Source: Candidatus Cloacimonadales bacterium (GTDB lineage Bacteria > Cloacimonadota > Cloacimonadia > Cloacimonadales > JAFGVF01). Taken from it: 64,000 nt of DNA. Location: assembly GCA_963678315.1 (NCBI GenBank), contig OY782781.1, positions 416,001-480,000 on the forward strand. Reading direction: 5' to 3'. The translations under genes were made by a program, and so were the position numbers. The notes under the pieces are model-generated. The model had not been told where the DNA came from, searched no databases, and saw only the letters and a list, made by a program, of their open reading frames with translations. This document shows positions 37,118 to 47,318 of this stretch, piece after piece (positions within the stretch are counted from its first letter, which is position 1; every line of letters begins with the position of its first letter).

Positions 37118-39584
37118 TATCTGCTTCCTCTGTATAAATAGGTAATATTATTTTGAAAGTTGTTACATCCTCGTCTTCAACATTGATAGTACCGTTGTGC
37201 TCTGAGATAATACCATAAACTATTGATAATCCTAAACCTGTTCCTTTCCCAGCTGGTTTTGTGGTAAAGAATGGAAGGAAAATCTTATCCCTGATCGCTT
37301 GAGGGATTGGGTCACCGTTATTAGTGACTTTAATAGTACAAATATCATCTTTGTTACTTATATTAATTTTGATGTACTTATCTTTTGTAATATGTTCAAG
37401 GGAATCTTTAGCATTAGACAACAAGTTAAGTAAAACTTGTTCAATTTCGTATGTATTCCCATAGATATAGGTTTCTGATTCTGGAACATTAATTATCAAA
37501 TCTATGCTGTGATTGTAGTATTGTTCTGCTATTAATTTCAGTGCATTCTTTACTGTTTCATTCAATTCGAAAACAGAATATTCTTTTTGTCTTTGCTTTC
37601 TGGAGAAGACTCGTATATGGTCAACCACAGATGTCATTCTTGAAATATCATGTGAAACTAGTTCCATTCTTTCATTAAAGAAGTCTTCAGAATAGCCCCG
37701 CTTCTGAAAGAATAGCTTCATGTTTTCGAGAGCAAAAGAAATACATTGTAGAGGCTGGTTAAGTTCGTGGGCTATACCTGCTGCTAATTCACCTAATGAC
37801 ACTAAACGTGATTGTTCTACAATAGCCCTTTGCTGTTCCATTCTGATTGCAACACCTTCTTTAACTTTTCCTTCAAGCTCTTTATTTAAATCTTCCTTAA
37901 TCCTGATTATCCTACGGTGATTCATCATTCTCTGAAGAAATATCAAGATAATGATTATGATAATCACTATTGCACTGATTCTCTGATAGTTGAGAAGGCG
38001 TTTTTGGTAGTTAAGCTCATTAATTTTCAGGTCAGCAAGTTCAGTTTTATAGTTAAGTTCATTGATCTTTAAATCAGATACTTCTTTCTGATATTGAAGG
38101 TTCTTGATTTTACTATCTTTCTTCTCAGTGTCATATTTAATTCTTAATTCTTCTAATGAGTTTTTCTTATCTTCTTCTGAAGTTGTAACCAATAGCTTAG
38201 AATATACTAGAAGAGAATCATAAGCTTGCTTTGGTTTGTTTAAGTTATAGAGACAATCAGCAATTATATCATTAGTTTTTTTGATATACTCTTTTATATC
38301 ATATTTATAGGCAATTTGGTTAGCCATTGAAGCATAGTTATAAGCAACTTGATATTCCTTCTTCAACTGGTAGGAAGTTGCTAAATTTATATAGTTACGA
38401 GACTTAAATCTATCGCTAGCATTGGGTCTCTTTAGTCCCATCTTTGAATACTTTATACTCTTATCATAGTCTCCCATCTTCTGATACACAATAGCTATAT
38501 TACTATATGCAGAATGCTTAGTACTAATGAGATTATTAGCTTCACACAATTCAATAAGCTTTTCATAAGTGGTCAGAGCAGCATCCAAAGAATCGATTTT
38601 ATTATATGAAGGAGCAAGATTAGCATAGCATCCTACAAGAGTTTTAACATCTCCTAAACTATCTGCTAAAGCAATACCCTTTAGTGAAGTTTGGCAAGCT
38701 AGCTCATACTTGCCAGCAAAGAAATAGAGAGCACTTAGGTTTTGGAATGATTTTGCTAAAGACAAATCTTGTCCTAGTGCTTCTTTAATCTTGATTGATT
38801 TAAGAGCATATTCAAAAGCTATATTATATTTCTTTTGCTTACTAAATAAAGAAGAAACATTATTATACAAATAAGCTGAAAAAAGAGAATCCTGTACTTC
38901 TGGAAGCATTTCTAAAGCCACTTGGTAATTGTCCCATGACTTGTCATAATCACCTGAATCTAAATAGATGCTACCTAAAGACATGTAAGAACCTGCAATA
39001 TCATGCTTACGTGAGAATTCTTTAGATTTCTCTGCTGTCTTGATTTGATATTCTACAGCTTTATCATATTCTTTCCTATGTTTATAGTACAAACTTATAT
39101 TATCTAAGCTTCGTATTATCTCACTTTGATTCTTAACTTGTGGCAGGATTTCTTTGATCTTTGCGATTGTATCATCAGATTCTTTTTTCCTATTCTGTCT
39201 ATCATAAAGACTAAACAAAGTGTTGTAGGTAATAATAAGATTGATAGTATTTTCTGTGTACTGAAACTTTGATAAGGCTTTTAAATAAAGATCTTCACTC
39301 TCCTTAAACTCCCTTCTGTACTGCTTCATTGAAGCCAAAGTATAAAGAGCCCGTCCAGCATTTAAGCTATCGCCCTTCTGCTCAGCTATATCTAGAGCTT
39401 TATTATTCAATTTAACTAATTCAGAATTATATCCTTTTGTAGAATACTTGAAATTGACATCTCTCAATTCTTGTAAGATATCCTCATCACTCTTGTTAAT
39501 CAAATCTTCTATTTCACTAGAGAAGATGAAACCCGTAACCAAACTAAATAATATTATTAAAATTAAATGTGCTTTTTTATTCAT
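37107..39584 (-). CDS. TPR-repeat membrane sensor histidine kinase
   Basis: Signal peptide, periplasmic TPRs, one TM, GIAHELNQPL, NLLSNAKD, PFFTTK..GTGLGL. Confidence 0.93.
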   Translation of the reverse strand: MNKKAHLILIILFSLVTGFIFSSEIEDLINKSDEDILQELRDVNFKYSTKGYNSELVKLNNKALDIAEQKGDSLNAGRALYTLASMKQYRREFKESEDLYLKALSKFQYTENTINLIITYNTLFSLYDRQNRKKESDDTIAKIKEILPQVKNQSEIIRSLDNISLYYKHRKEYDKAVEYQIKTAEKSKEFSRKHDIAGSYMSLGSIYLDSGDYDKSWDNYQVALEMLPEVQDSLFSAYLYNNVSSLFSKQKKYNIAFEYALKSIKIKEALGQDLSLAKSFQNLSALYFFAGKYELACQTSLKGIALADSLGDVKTLVGCYANLAPSYNKIDSLDAALTTYEKLIELCEANNLISTKHSAYSNIAIVYQKMGDYDKSIKYSKMGLKRPNASDRFKSRNYINLATSYQLKKEYQVAYNYASMANQIAYKYDIKEYIKKTNDIIADCLYNLNKPKQAYDSLLVYSKLLVTTSEEDKKNSLEELRIKYDTEKKDSKIKNLQYQKEVSDLKINELNYKTELADLKINELNYQKRLLNYQRISAIVIIIIIILIFLQRMMNHRRIIRIKEDLNKELEGKVKEGVAIRMEQQRAIVEQSRLVSLGELAAGIAHELNQPLQCISFALENMKLFFQKRGYSEDFFNERMELVSHDISRMTSVVDHIRVFSRKQRQKEYSVFELNETVKNALKLIAEQYYNHSIDLIINVPESETYIYGNTYEIEQVLLNLLSNAKDSLEHITKDKYIKINISNKDDICTIKVTNNGDPIPQAIRDKIFLPFFTTKPAGKGTGLGLSIVYGIISEHNGTINVEDEDVTTFKIILPIYTEEADNEL

Positions 39585-39832
39585 AATTAAGTCCTATTAG
39601 TTTGAAAATCTCCTATATCAATCCAAATGTCAAGTTTAATATAAGTGGTCAAACTCAAAATATTAAGAAAACTATCATGAACCAAATGCTATGTCTAAGA
39701 ATATCCTTATACTTTTGAAATCGATAGTATTGTATCAGCATAGTTTATTCAAACAAAGGAAGAATTAAAAAAATTACTTGCAAAGATTTAAGTTTTAGCA
39801 GATGTTTGAGTAAAACAGATATGGGAGGAATT

Positions 39833-41146
39833 ATGGGAAGTAAGAACCTACCCAGAATTCAAGACGCAGACTTAAAAGACAAAGTGGTTTTGGTTAGAGT
39901 TGACCATAACGTTGTTAAGAAAGGTATAATAAAGGACACTGAACGTATTGATGCAACGATTCCAACTCTATTTAACATAATCCTACGTGGTGGAAGAATA
40001 ATTTTAATGACCCATAACGGTCGCCCAATGAATAGAGAAACAGGCGAGATAGTAATCTCTGATGAGGATTCAATCCAACCAATTGTTGATTATTTAGAAC
40101 ATAAGCTCAATATCAACATTAAGGTTCCTGAATGGTTTAGAAGAGAAGATAATGGCATTGAAGTTAAGAATGAATCTATTTATAGTCTTATAGATGATTT
40201 AAAATCAGGCAAAGTAGATATGCTTTACTTGCCTAATACAAGATGGTTTAGGGGTGAAGAGCCTTCAAACCATGATGCTGATGATTTAGGTAAAGCTCTA
40301 GCAAAAATAGCAGATGTTTATGTTAATGATGCTTTCGGTTCTTGGCAACCTCACACTTCTACAGTGAAACCTACATTTTATATGCCTTCTTACTCTGGTA
40401 TCTTGATGCAAAGAGAGATAGCCCATTTGAAACAAGTATTTAAACCAAGAAGACCTTTTGTAGGTATTGTTGCAGGTTCAAAATTTGATACTAAAATTAA
40501 ACCTCTTAACAATCTCCTTGAGCATGTGGATTATCTTATTCTAGGTGGTGTTGTTTATAACGCTTACTTAGCTGTTAAGTATGATCTTAAAATTAAAGGT
40601 ATATCAGAAAAAGACCTTGAACATGCAAGAGCTTTCGTAGAAAGAGCTAATGAGTTCCCTCAAAGAGTTGTTGAGCTTCCTTATATTATAGAATCTGATG
40701 TCTTGGATGAAAAGATTCCTGGTAAATATAGAACTCGCTTCATCCATGATTTAAAACCTGGAACTGAACTAAACTATGTGCTTGATGTTTCTTGGGAAAC
40801 TTGGTCATTAAGACATATTGTTGAGATTTTCAGCAGAGCTAATATGTTCTTCTGTAATGCAGTTATGGGTTTTGTACCTCACTTCTCTGATGGAACAAAA
40901 GAGATGTATGACATTATTGCTAGAAATGAAAACGCAATGAAGATGTTTGGTGGTGGTGATACTCTACAAGAATTTAAAGCTCTCAACTACGAGACTTATT
41001 TAAAAGCTATCGAAAGAGATGATTACTATTTCTTCACTGGTGGTGGTGCTGTTCTTAACTCTATCGAGCAAGGTTCTCCATTTGGTATGCAACCAGTTCA
41101 AGCTCTGATAGATAATCAAGAAAAATATAAAGAAGAAAGTCAATAA
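39833..41146 (+). CDS. pgk: Phosphoglycerate kinase, divergent type
   Basis: VLVRVDHNV, GRP, YVNDAFG, GGGDT, TGGGA; start placed at ATG 39833 after GGAGG. Confidence 0.85.
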   Translation: MGSKNLPRIQDADLKDKVVLVRVDHNVVKKGIIKDTERIDATIPTLFNIILRGGRIILMTHNGRPMNRETGEIVISDEDSIQPIVDYLEHKLNINIKVPEWFRREDNGIEVKNESIYSLIDDLKSGKVDMLYLPNTRWFRGEEPSNHDADDLGKALAKIADVYVNDAFGSWQPHTSTVKPTFYMPSYSGILMQREIAHLKQVFKPRRPFVGIVAGSKFDTKIKPLNNLLEHVDYLILGGVVYNAYLAVKYDLKIKGISEKDLEHARAFVERANEFPQRVVELPYIIESDVLDEKIPGKYRTRFIHDLKPGTELNYVLDVSWETWSLRHIVEIFSRANMFFCNAVMGFVPHFSDGTKEMYDIIARNENAMKMFGGGDTLQEFKALNYETYLKAIERDDYYFFTGGGAVLNSIEQGSPFGMQPVQALIDNQEKYKEESQ

Positions 41147-41178
41147 ATTCTAGTTTAGAATTGATTTTATAGATGTTC

Positions 41179-41209
41179 AAGAGTGTTGTTTATTCAACAC
41201 TCTTTTTTT
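41179..41209 (+). terminator. Terminator of pgk
   Basis: AAGAGTGTTG..CAACACTCTT followed by T-run. Confidence 0.8.
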
Positions 41210-41241
41210 GGTATTTCAGATTCAAGATTATTGAACAGCTC

Positions 41242-41595
41242 TTGAGACGTTTTTCCGAAATGTCTCTACATATTCACTTATCACTAGGTTCTAAGTGAAG
41301 CCAGCGCGGAGGCTGGCGATCCCAGTATGTCCACTTATCACTGCCTTCTAAGTGTAGCCAGCACGGAGGCTGGCGATCCCAGTATGTCCACTTATCACTG
41401 CCTTCTAAGTGTAGCCAGCGCGGAGGCTGGCGATCCCAGTATGTCCACTTATAACTATGTTCTAAGTGAAGCCAGCGCGGAGGCTGCCGTTCCCAGTGTT
41501 TAGCCAGCGCGGAGGCTGGCGATACCAGTAACTCCTTACTCCGTCCTTACTGGTCTCCTTGAAAAAAAGCCACTTTTTCAAGGTGGCAAGTAAGG
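41242..41595 (+). repeat. Mosaic REP-like element, copy E, with four tandem 57-bp units
   Basis: Units start at 41275, 41332, 41389 and 41446; flanked by the GAGAC..GTCTCTAC module and the terminal TTGAAAAA..TTTTTCAA hairpin. Confidence 0.92.
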
Positions 41596-41634
41596 AGTAA
41601 GGCATATTAAGAAAAGTTCTTATGCGTCATACCA

Positions 41635-42171
41635 TCAATCTTGAGTAGTAAATACAAAATCTCTGCTATTGAAACCGATTTTATTTAAGCTTGCAAAAAT
41701 AGTATCTATATCATCATGAATCTTGTTAGCATCTCGTGCTAGAATCCAGCCATACTTTAGATTTCCTGAACCTACTATTGCCCAAGAATAATCAGGAGCT
41801 ATATCAAAGATTAAGTATTCTCCATAGAATAGATTCAAGCCAAAGAGACTTACAAAACTAACCTTTAACTTTGAATTGTTAACTTTATCAACGACCTTAG
41901 CAATACCTTCAACTTCTTCCTCTTGCCCTTTCTTATTAACACAAGAGTTGACGACTCGTATATCACCATCTGTTTTAAGTGTGTAGCGAGCCTTGACATT
42001 TTTACTACATTGCTTTTGGAATCTATTAGGAATTCTAGCAATTTCGTACCAGCAACCGAGATATTTCTCAAGGTTTAAATTCTTAACTGTGGGAGGAACT
42101 GAATTCAAAGTAAATGCTGTTAATAACATAATAATAATAATTAATAAATTCTTCATATTAATCTCCTGCAA
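41635..42171 (-). CDS. blc: Bacterial lipocalin
   Basis: YLGCWYEIAR, SKLKVSF, DYSWAIVG, WILAR; true start probably MKNLL. Confidence 0.9.
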   Translation of the reverse strand: MQEINMKNLLIIIIMLLTAFTLNSVPPTVKNLNLEKYLGCWYEIARIPNRFQKQCSKNVKARYTLKTDGDIRVVNSCVNKKGQEEEVEGIAKVVDKVNNSKLKVSFVSLFGLNLFYGEYLIFDIAPDYSWAIVGSGNLKYGWILARDANKIHDDIDTIFASLNKIGFNSRDFVFTTQD

Positions 42172-42355
42172 ATATACTAGCTTCTTTCTTGATTAAAGCA
42201 AAAAATGAATTTTTTTCACTCATACAATCTAGAAATTTAAACTTTCCAGATTAACGTATCTTGCTAGTAAATAGCTTATTAAACAGCTTTCTAATACTTT
42301 TAAAGTAAAATAATATACCAAGGGTCATTTTTTTCTTGACATAGTTATAGAAGAC

Positions 42356-42874
42356 ATGTTTTTTAGATTCATGAGTACAAAGAATATTTATTTAGTTGGA
42401 TTTATGGGAGCTGGAAAAAGTCATATTGGCAGACAGCTAGCTAAAAAGTTGAGACTTAAACATCAAGATCTTGATTATCTTGTGGAAAAGAAGTTTATGC
42501 TTCCAGCTAAGGATATATTCAAAACGCATGGTGAATCAATGTTTCGTTCAGTAGAACGAGATATCCTCCTTTCTACCCCACCACAAGACGTTATCTCCAC
42601 AGGTGGTGGGGTGATTCTCATGAAAAGCAACAGAGAATTCTTATTAGACAAATTTGTTGTATGGCTAAACCCAAGCTGGGAAATTCTATATGAAAGAATT
42701 AGAAAAAGTAACAGACCAATAGTTTTGAAAAGTGATGAATCTACACTACATAAAATATACTCTGACAGAATTAAATACTACCAAGAAGTTAGTAACATTG
42801 AAATAAAAGAAAATGATCCCAAATTGATTATAAAATTAATTATTAAAGAGATAAATAATAAGGAGTTATTATGA
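42356..42874 (+). CDS. aroK: Shikimate kinase
   Basis: LVGFMGAGKS, GESMFRSVE, STGGG; start may be 42371. Confidence 0.92.
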   Translation: MFFRFMSTKNIYLVGFMGAGKSHIGRQLAKKLRLKHQDLDYLVEKKFMLPAKDIFKTHGESMFRSVERDILLSTPPQDVISTGGGVILMKSNREFLLDKFVVWLNPSWEILYERIRKSNRPIVLKSDESTLHKIYSDRIKYYQEVSNIEIKENDPKLIIKLIIKEINNKELL

Positions 42875-44913
42875 AATATGCAGAATTAAAGAAAGCTGTT
42901 AACGACAAAGCATTACCGCTCTATAAAGAAACAATCTCAAAAATTCAAGCACTCTATGAAGAGATTAAATCATGTGAAGGACAATACAAAGAACTTCTCC
43001 AATTAACTGCAGAAAGAATCTTAGCTGCAGATAAATTTCTAAATGAATTTAATGATGATTACTATACAAAGTATTCTATTGAAGAGTTGAAAAAAATCAA
43101 CATCGACAAATATTCTGAAATTGCTCCAGAGAATTACGAAACATCTTATGCTAATCCAGACTATTGTGTTAAGCAATTTGGAGATAAGATAGGTCAACTT
43201 CTTTCAACAACTTATATCTTCTATAGATCATACTTTAACTTTGCACAGAATAAAGATATAAATGCAATGGCTAAAGGTAACCAATACTTTATTAACTTAG
43301 TTGAATCAATGAAAGCTGATAAGAAAGACTTTGAAACACTCAGAAATATATACAGAGAATATAGTCTTACAGGAACAGTTGAAGAAAGAGAGCTAGGTTT
43401 AAGAGATGTTTTCGATACTGATAGCCCAGGCTATAGCAAAATAGTTCTTGATTCTGACCTTTCAGATTTAAGATATCTTTACCAGTATGGTAAATTCATC
43501 ACTGACAATGAAATCAAGACTGCTGAATTCTTGAATAACTATCCTGCAGAAAAGATAGAAAAGCTGGTAACTGAACTTTCTAAAGCCTATATTCGTGGTT
43601 TTGAATTAGCAAAGAAAGACTACAAAAAGAAAAACAGTTACTTAGTTGTTTATAATGTAGGACAAGAAAGAATAGTTAGAGAACTTGTTAAAAAATTAAA
43701 AGCTTACGGATTAAATCCTTTATTCTCAAGAGCTACATCTACTCAAATTAACAAACAATACGGTTATGACCATAAATTTGATTATTCTTTAGCTTTCGAC
43801 GAAGAGATTGCTGCTAAAAACATAGATAACTATAGACAAGCAGCAGTTAAATGTGAAGATATATTGAGAGCTTACTCAGGTGTTGTAGCCTTCGACAGCT
43901 TTGGAGAAAAACCATTCAGTCCTAAATCAAAAGAGTCTAACTTGAAGGCTTCTCCTGAACAACAAAAGTTACAACAAAAAGCTTCTATTGAAACTTCTCA
44001 GATTTCACAACAATATATGCCTAGAACAGAGAATAGCTTCTGCATTATAGGATTCCCTGTTCCAGAGATTGGAGAGCAATTCGAAGAAATCTTTGAAGCT
44101 ACATCTGAAATCAATATGATTGATACAATCCATTGGGAAGAAATCCAACAAAAGATTCTTGATGTTCTTGACTTAGCTGATTATGTTCATGTTAAAGGTA
44201 AGAACCAAAATAGAACCGATATCAAGGTTAAGATGCAAAAGCTAGAAGATCCTACAAAGCATACTAACTTTGTTAACTGTGGTGCAGATGTTAATATTCC
44301 AGTTGGTGAGCTATTCACTTCCCCACAATTAGAAGACACAAATGGAGTTCTTCATGTTCCAGAAGTATTCTTACATAATATCACCTTCAAGAACCTAGAA
44401 TTAAAGTTCAAAGATGGCTATGTAGAAGATTATACTTGCGATAATATGGAAGATAAAGAAGAGGCAAAGAAGCTTGTACAAGAAACATTGATGTTCCCTC
44501 ATAAGACTCTTCCACTTGGTGAATTTGCTATAGGAACTAACACTCCAGCTTATATCATGGCAAAGAAATTTGATATTCTAAACCTTCTTCCAATTCTTAT
44601 TGTAGAAAAAATGGGACCTCACTTTGCTATAGGTGATACTTGCTTCTCATGGGAAGAAGATTTCGCTGTATTTAACCCAATCGATGGCAAAGAAATCACT
44701 GCAAGAGAGAATTCTCATTCAGCTAAGAGAAAGACTAATATTCAAGAAGCTTATACAAACTGTCATACAGATATTACGCTTCCATACGAAGACTTAGACT
44801 TCATTTCTGTTATTACTCATGATGGTAAAGAAATTGATATTCTTAGAGATGGTAAATTTGCAGTTCCAGGAACTGAAGAATTAAACAAACCTCTTGAAGA
44901 CTGGGGAATTTAA
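42871..44913 (+). CDS. Aminopeptidase, M29-like, with long N-terminal extension
   Basis: NIPVGELFTSP, LGEFAIGTN, EKMGPHFAIGD, CHTDIT. Confidence 0.85.
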   Translation: MKYAELKKAVNDKALPLYKETISKIQALYEEIKSCEGQYKELLQLTAERILAADKFLNEFNDDYYTKYSIEELKKINIDKYSEIAPENYETSYANPDYCVKQFGDKIGQLLSTTYIFYRSYFNFAQNKDINAMAKGNQYFINLVESMKADKKDFETLRNIYREYSLTGTVEERELGLRDVFDTDSPGYSKIVLDSDLSDLRYLYQYGKFITDNEIKTAEFLNNYPAEKIEKLVTELSKAYIRGFELAKKDYKKKNSYLVVYNVGQERIVRELVKKLKAYGLNPLFSRATSTQINKQYGYDHKFDYSLAFDEEIAAKNIDNYRQAAVKCEDILRAYSGVVAFDSFGEKPFSPKSKESNLKASPEQQKLQQKASIETSQISQQYMPRTENSFCIIGFPVPEIGEQFEEIFEATSEINMIDTIHWEEIQQKILDVLDLADYVHVKGKNQNRTDIKVKMQKLEDPTKHTNFVNCGADVNIPVGELFTSPQLEDTNGVLHVPEVFLHNITFKNLELKFKDGYVEDYTCDNMEDKEEAKKLVQETLMFPHKTLPLGEFAIGTNTPAYIMAKKFDILNLLPILIVEKMGPHFAIGDTCFSWEEDFAVFNPIDGKEITARENSHSAKRKTNIQEAYTNCHTDITLPYEDLDFISVITHDGKEIDILRDGKFAVPGTEELNKPLEDWGI

Positions 44914-44953
44914 TTAAGCTTCATTTTATAACTATAATCAATACAATATCAAG

Positions 44954-44981
44954 AAGGTACTTCAAGAATGGAGTACCTTTT
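44954..44981 (+). terminator. Terminator after aminopeptidase
   Basis: AAGGTACTTCA..TGGAGTACCTTTT. Confidence 0.7.
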
Positions 44982-45107
44982 ACTTTTGCATGATAAGTTA
45001 GCAAATTAGAACTAGTCTGCGTGATTTTGTCACGTAGATATACAATTTAGCTAGAAATATCTTGACTTTTATTGTATAAATTTTATTCTACGTGAAAAGG
45101 AGTCAAT

Positions 45108-46460
45108 ATGCTATTAAGATTTGAAGTACAAAATGTTCTTTCATTTGGTAAAATGAGAGAGTTCAATATGTTTCCTCAGAAAGGACGTAAATCAGATGGT
45201 CCATTGTACCACCATATACAAGACTTAGGCACCATTAAAGCATTGAAACAAACTGCAATATATGGAGCGAACGGTTCAGGTAAGTCAAATTTAATTAATT
45301 CAATTAGATTCCTTCAAGACCTTGTTTTGGGTCGAATTACTGGTCAAATTATTAATAGTAACATGTTTAAATTTACTCATAAAGATGATGTTCAAATGTT
45401 AAATATTGAATTTGAAAAAAATAAAAAATTTTTCATCTTTGGACTGGAAATTAAAAATGGAATAATAATACTTGAAGAATTATATGAACATATCCCACAA
45501 AGCAAAATTAGTAATTTGCTTTATGAAAGAAAAACTACAGATAATAGTAAACTTAGTCTGAAATTTAGTAAAGATATTGATTCATTAAATGAAGTTCAAG
45601 TTTTAAAAAAACTAATTCTGAGAAATTTTACAAAGCCTAAAAACCCATTGTTAGAGTTTCTAGCAAATTTGGAAGAGGACTTTTTATCAGAGATTAAAAT
45701 ATGTTTTGAATGGTTTAAAAAAGATTTGAATATTTTATCCCCTAAAGCAAGATTGCGGAATTTAATAAATAAGTATGAAACAGATATAAAATTTAACGAT
45801 TTTTTAAATGATACTTTAAAAACACTTGGAATTGGCATTTCTTCAGTAAGAATTCATACCGAAAAAATTGATAAAGAGTCATCAATATACAGGGAATTAT
45901 CAGAGATATTTGAGAATCATAAAGAAGATACTTTAGTAGCACACAATGATTCTCAACAGATAGCATTTACTATAAATGAGAATAACGATATTGAAAAGAA
46001 AAATATGGTATTTTGTCATACTATAAACGATGGTCAAAAGGCAGAGCTTATGATGGACAACGAATCAGATGGTACTATAAAATTATTGCATCTTATGCCT
46101 GTAATTGAAGATCTTTATTATAAAGACAAAGTTTATATCATTGACGAAATAGAAAGAAGTATACATCCTATTTTGATAAAAGAGATTATAAGAAAATTTT
46201 CTTTAAATGCTTCAACCAAAGGGCAATTAGTCTTTTCAACACATGAATCTCATTTACTTGATTTAGACATTTTCTCAAGTGATGAAATCTGGTTATTAGA
46301 AAAAAATAAGAATGGAGAATCTGACCTATATACATTAAGTGATTATAAACCTCACAACACAATTAACATTAGAAGAGGATATTTAAACGGACGCTATGGA
46401 GCAATACCATTCTTAGGGAATTTGAGTGACCTTAGTTGGGGTAATGATGTCAGTCAATAA
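45108..46460 (+). CDS. AAA_21/ABC-like ATPase (RloA/AbiLi-like)
   Basis: YGANGSGKSN, ESDGT, IIDEIERSIHP, FSTH, YLNGRYGAIP. Confidence 0.9.
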   Translation: MLLRFEVQNVLSFGKMREFNMFPQKGRKSDGPLYHHIQDLGTIKALKQTAIYGANGSGKSNLINSIRFLQDLVLGRITGQIINSNMFKFTHKDDVQMLNIEFEKNKKFFIFGLEIKNGIIILEELYEHIPQSKISNLLYERKTTDNSKLSLKFSKDIDSLNEVQVLKKLILRNFTKPKNPLLEFLANLEEDFLSEIKICFEWFKKDLNILSPKARLRNLINKYETDIKFNDFLNDTLKTLGIGISSVRIHTEKIDKESSIYRELSEIFENHKEDTLVAHNDSQQIAFTINENNDIEKKNMVFCHTINDGQKAELMMDNESDGTIKLLHLMPVIEDLYYKDKVYIIDEIERSIHPILIKEIIRKFSLNASTKGQLVFSTHESHLLDLDIFSSDEIWLLEKNKNGESDLYTLSDYKPHNTINIRRGYLNGRYGAIPFLGNLSDLSWGNDVSQ

Positions 46461-47145
46461 AAATCCATTGCATGAAAAAGATGAAAGCACTTTTGAACCT
46501 AAAACAATATTTATATTTTGTGAAGGAGAGAGAACCGAAACAAATTACTTCTCTTATTTCGAGACAAGAGATTCAAGAATTCAAGCTGAGATATATCCCA
46601 GAAGGAAGAATGAGAAACATGATCCTTCTGCATTATTTGATATAGCTTTAAGCTATCTTGGTATTGAAAAAATTAATGAGGATATTTACGATAAATGTAA
46701 GAACCCATATCAAGAAGAAATTGATGAAGTGTGGTTTGTTATTGATACAGACAGATGGGAAGGACATATACCAAATTTGTACAATAAGTGTAAAAAATAT
46801 GATAATTGGAATATTGCTCATAGTAACCCTTGTTTTGAGGTATGGCTATACTATCATTTTTATACTTACAGACCAGACTATGATATTAATGAGAATCTCT
46901 ATAAGGGGAATAATCCACAAAAACATTGGAAGTCATTTGTTGCTAGGTCTATTGATAAAGGAGGAGGGTTTAATTTTACTTATAGTAATCATATGGAGCT
47001 ATATTACTTTGCAACTCAAAACTCCAAGAACAATCTAGAGCTTGATGAAAATAAATATCCAAGAATTGCTTCTACAACAGTTTATAAGCTAGGGCTTAAG
47101 ATTCATGAGATGTTAGAGGAAAAGAAGAAACTTATAGGCAGATAA
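46444..47145 (+). CDS. RloB/AbiLii-like TOPRIM-type protein
   Basis: IFCEGERTETNYF, WFVIDTD, SNPCFEVWL..HF; overlaps the ATPase stop. Confidence 0.9.
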   Translation: MMSVNKNPLHEKDESTFEPKTIFIFCEGERTETNYFSYFETRDSRIQAEIYPRRKNEKHDPSALFDIALSYLGIEKINEDIYDKCKNPYQEEIDEVWFVIDTDRWEGHIPNLYNKCKKYDNWNIAHSNPCFEVWLYYHFYTYRPDYDINENLYKGNNPQKHWKSFVARSIDKGGGFNFTYSNHMELYYFATQNSKNNLELDENKYPRIASTTVYKLGLKIHEMLEEKKKLIGR

Positions 47146-47318
47146 TTTCTTTTTATGGAAAGTTAAAACACTCATATAGATGCGTTCTAATCTTTTACAT
47201 TGTTAACAATTTTTAAGGTCTGTAAAAGAGACGTTCACCGAATGTCTCTTTTATTTTATCCTACAAAAAAGGAGAAACTAAAACTAGCTTCTCCCTTAAG
47301 TTTATTATACTATATATT

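Noticed and set aside
41275..41530. CRISPR array
   Set aside because: The units are contiguous near-identical 57-mers with no unique spacers, and there are no cas genes in the window.
44985..47260. Integron cassette or transposon boundaries around the AAA/RloB pair
   Set aside because: Only an 8-bp inverted match (ATTAGAAC/GTTCTAAT) was found, with no convincing attC, target duplication or integrase.
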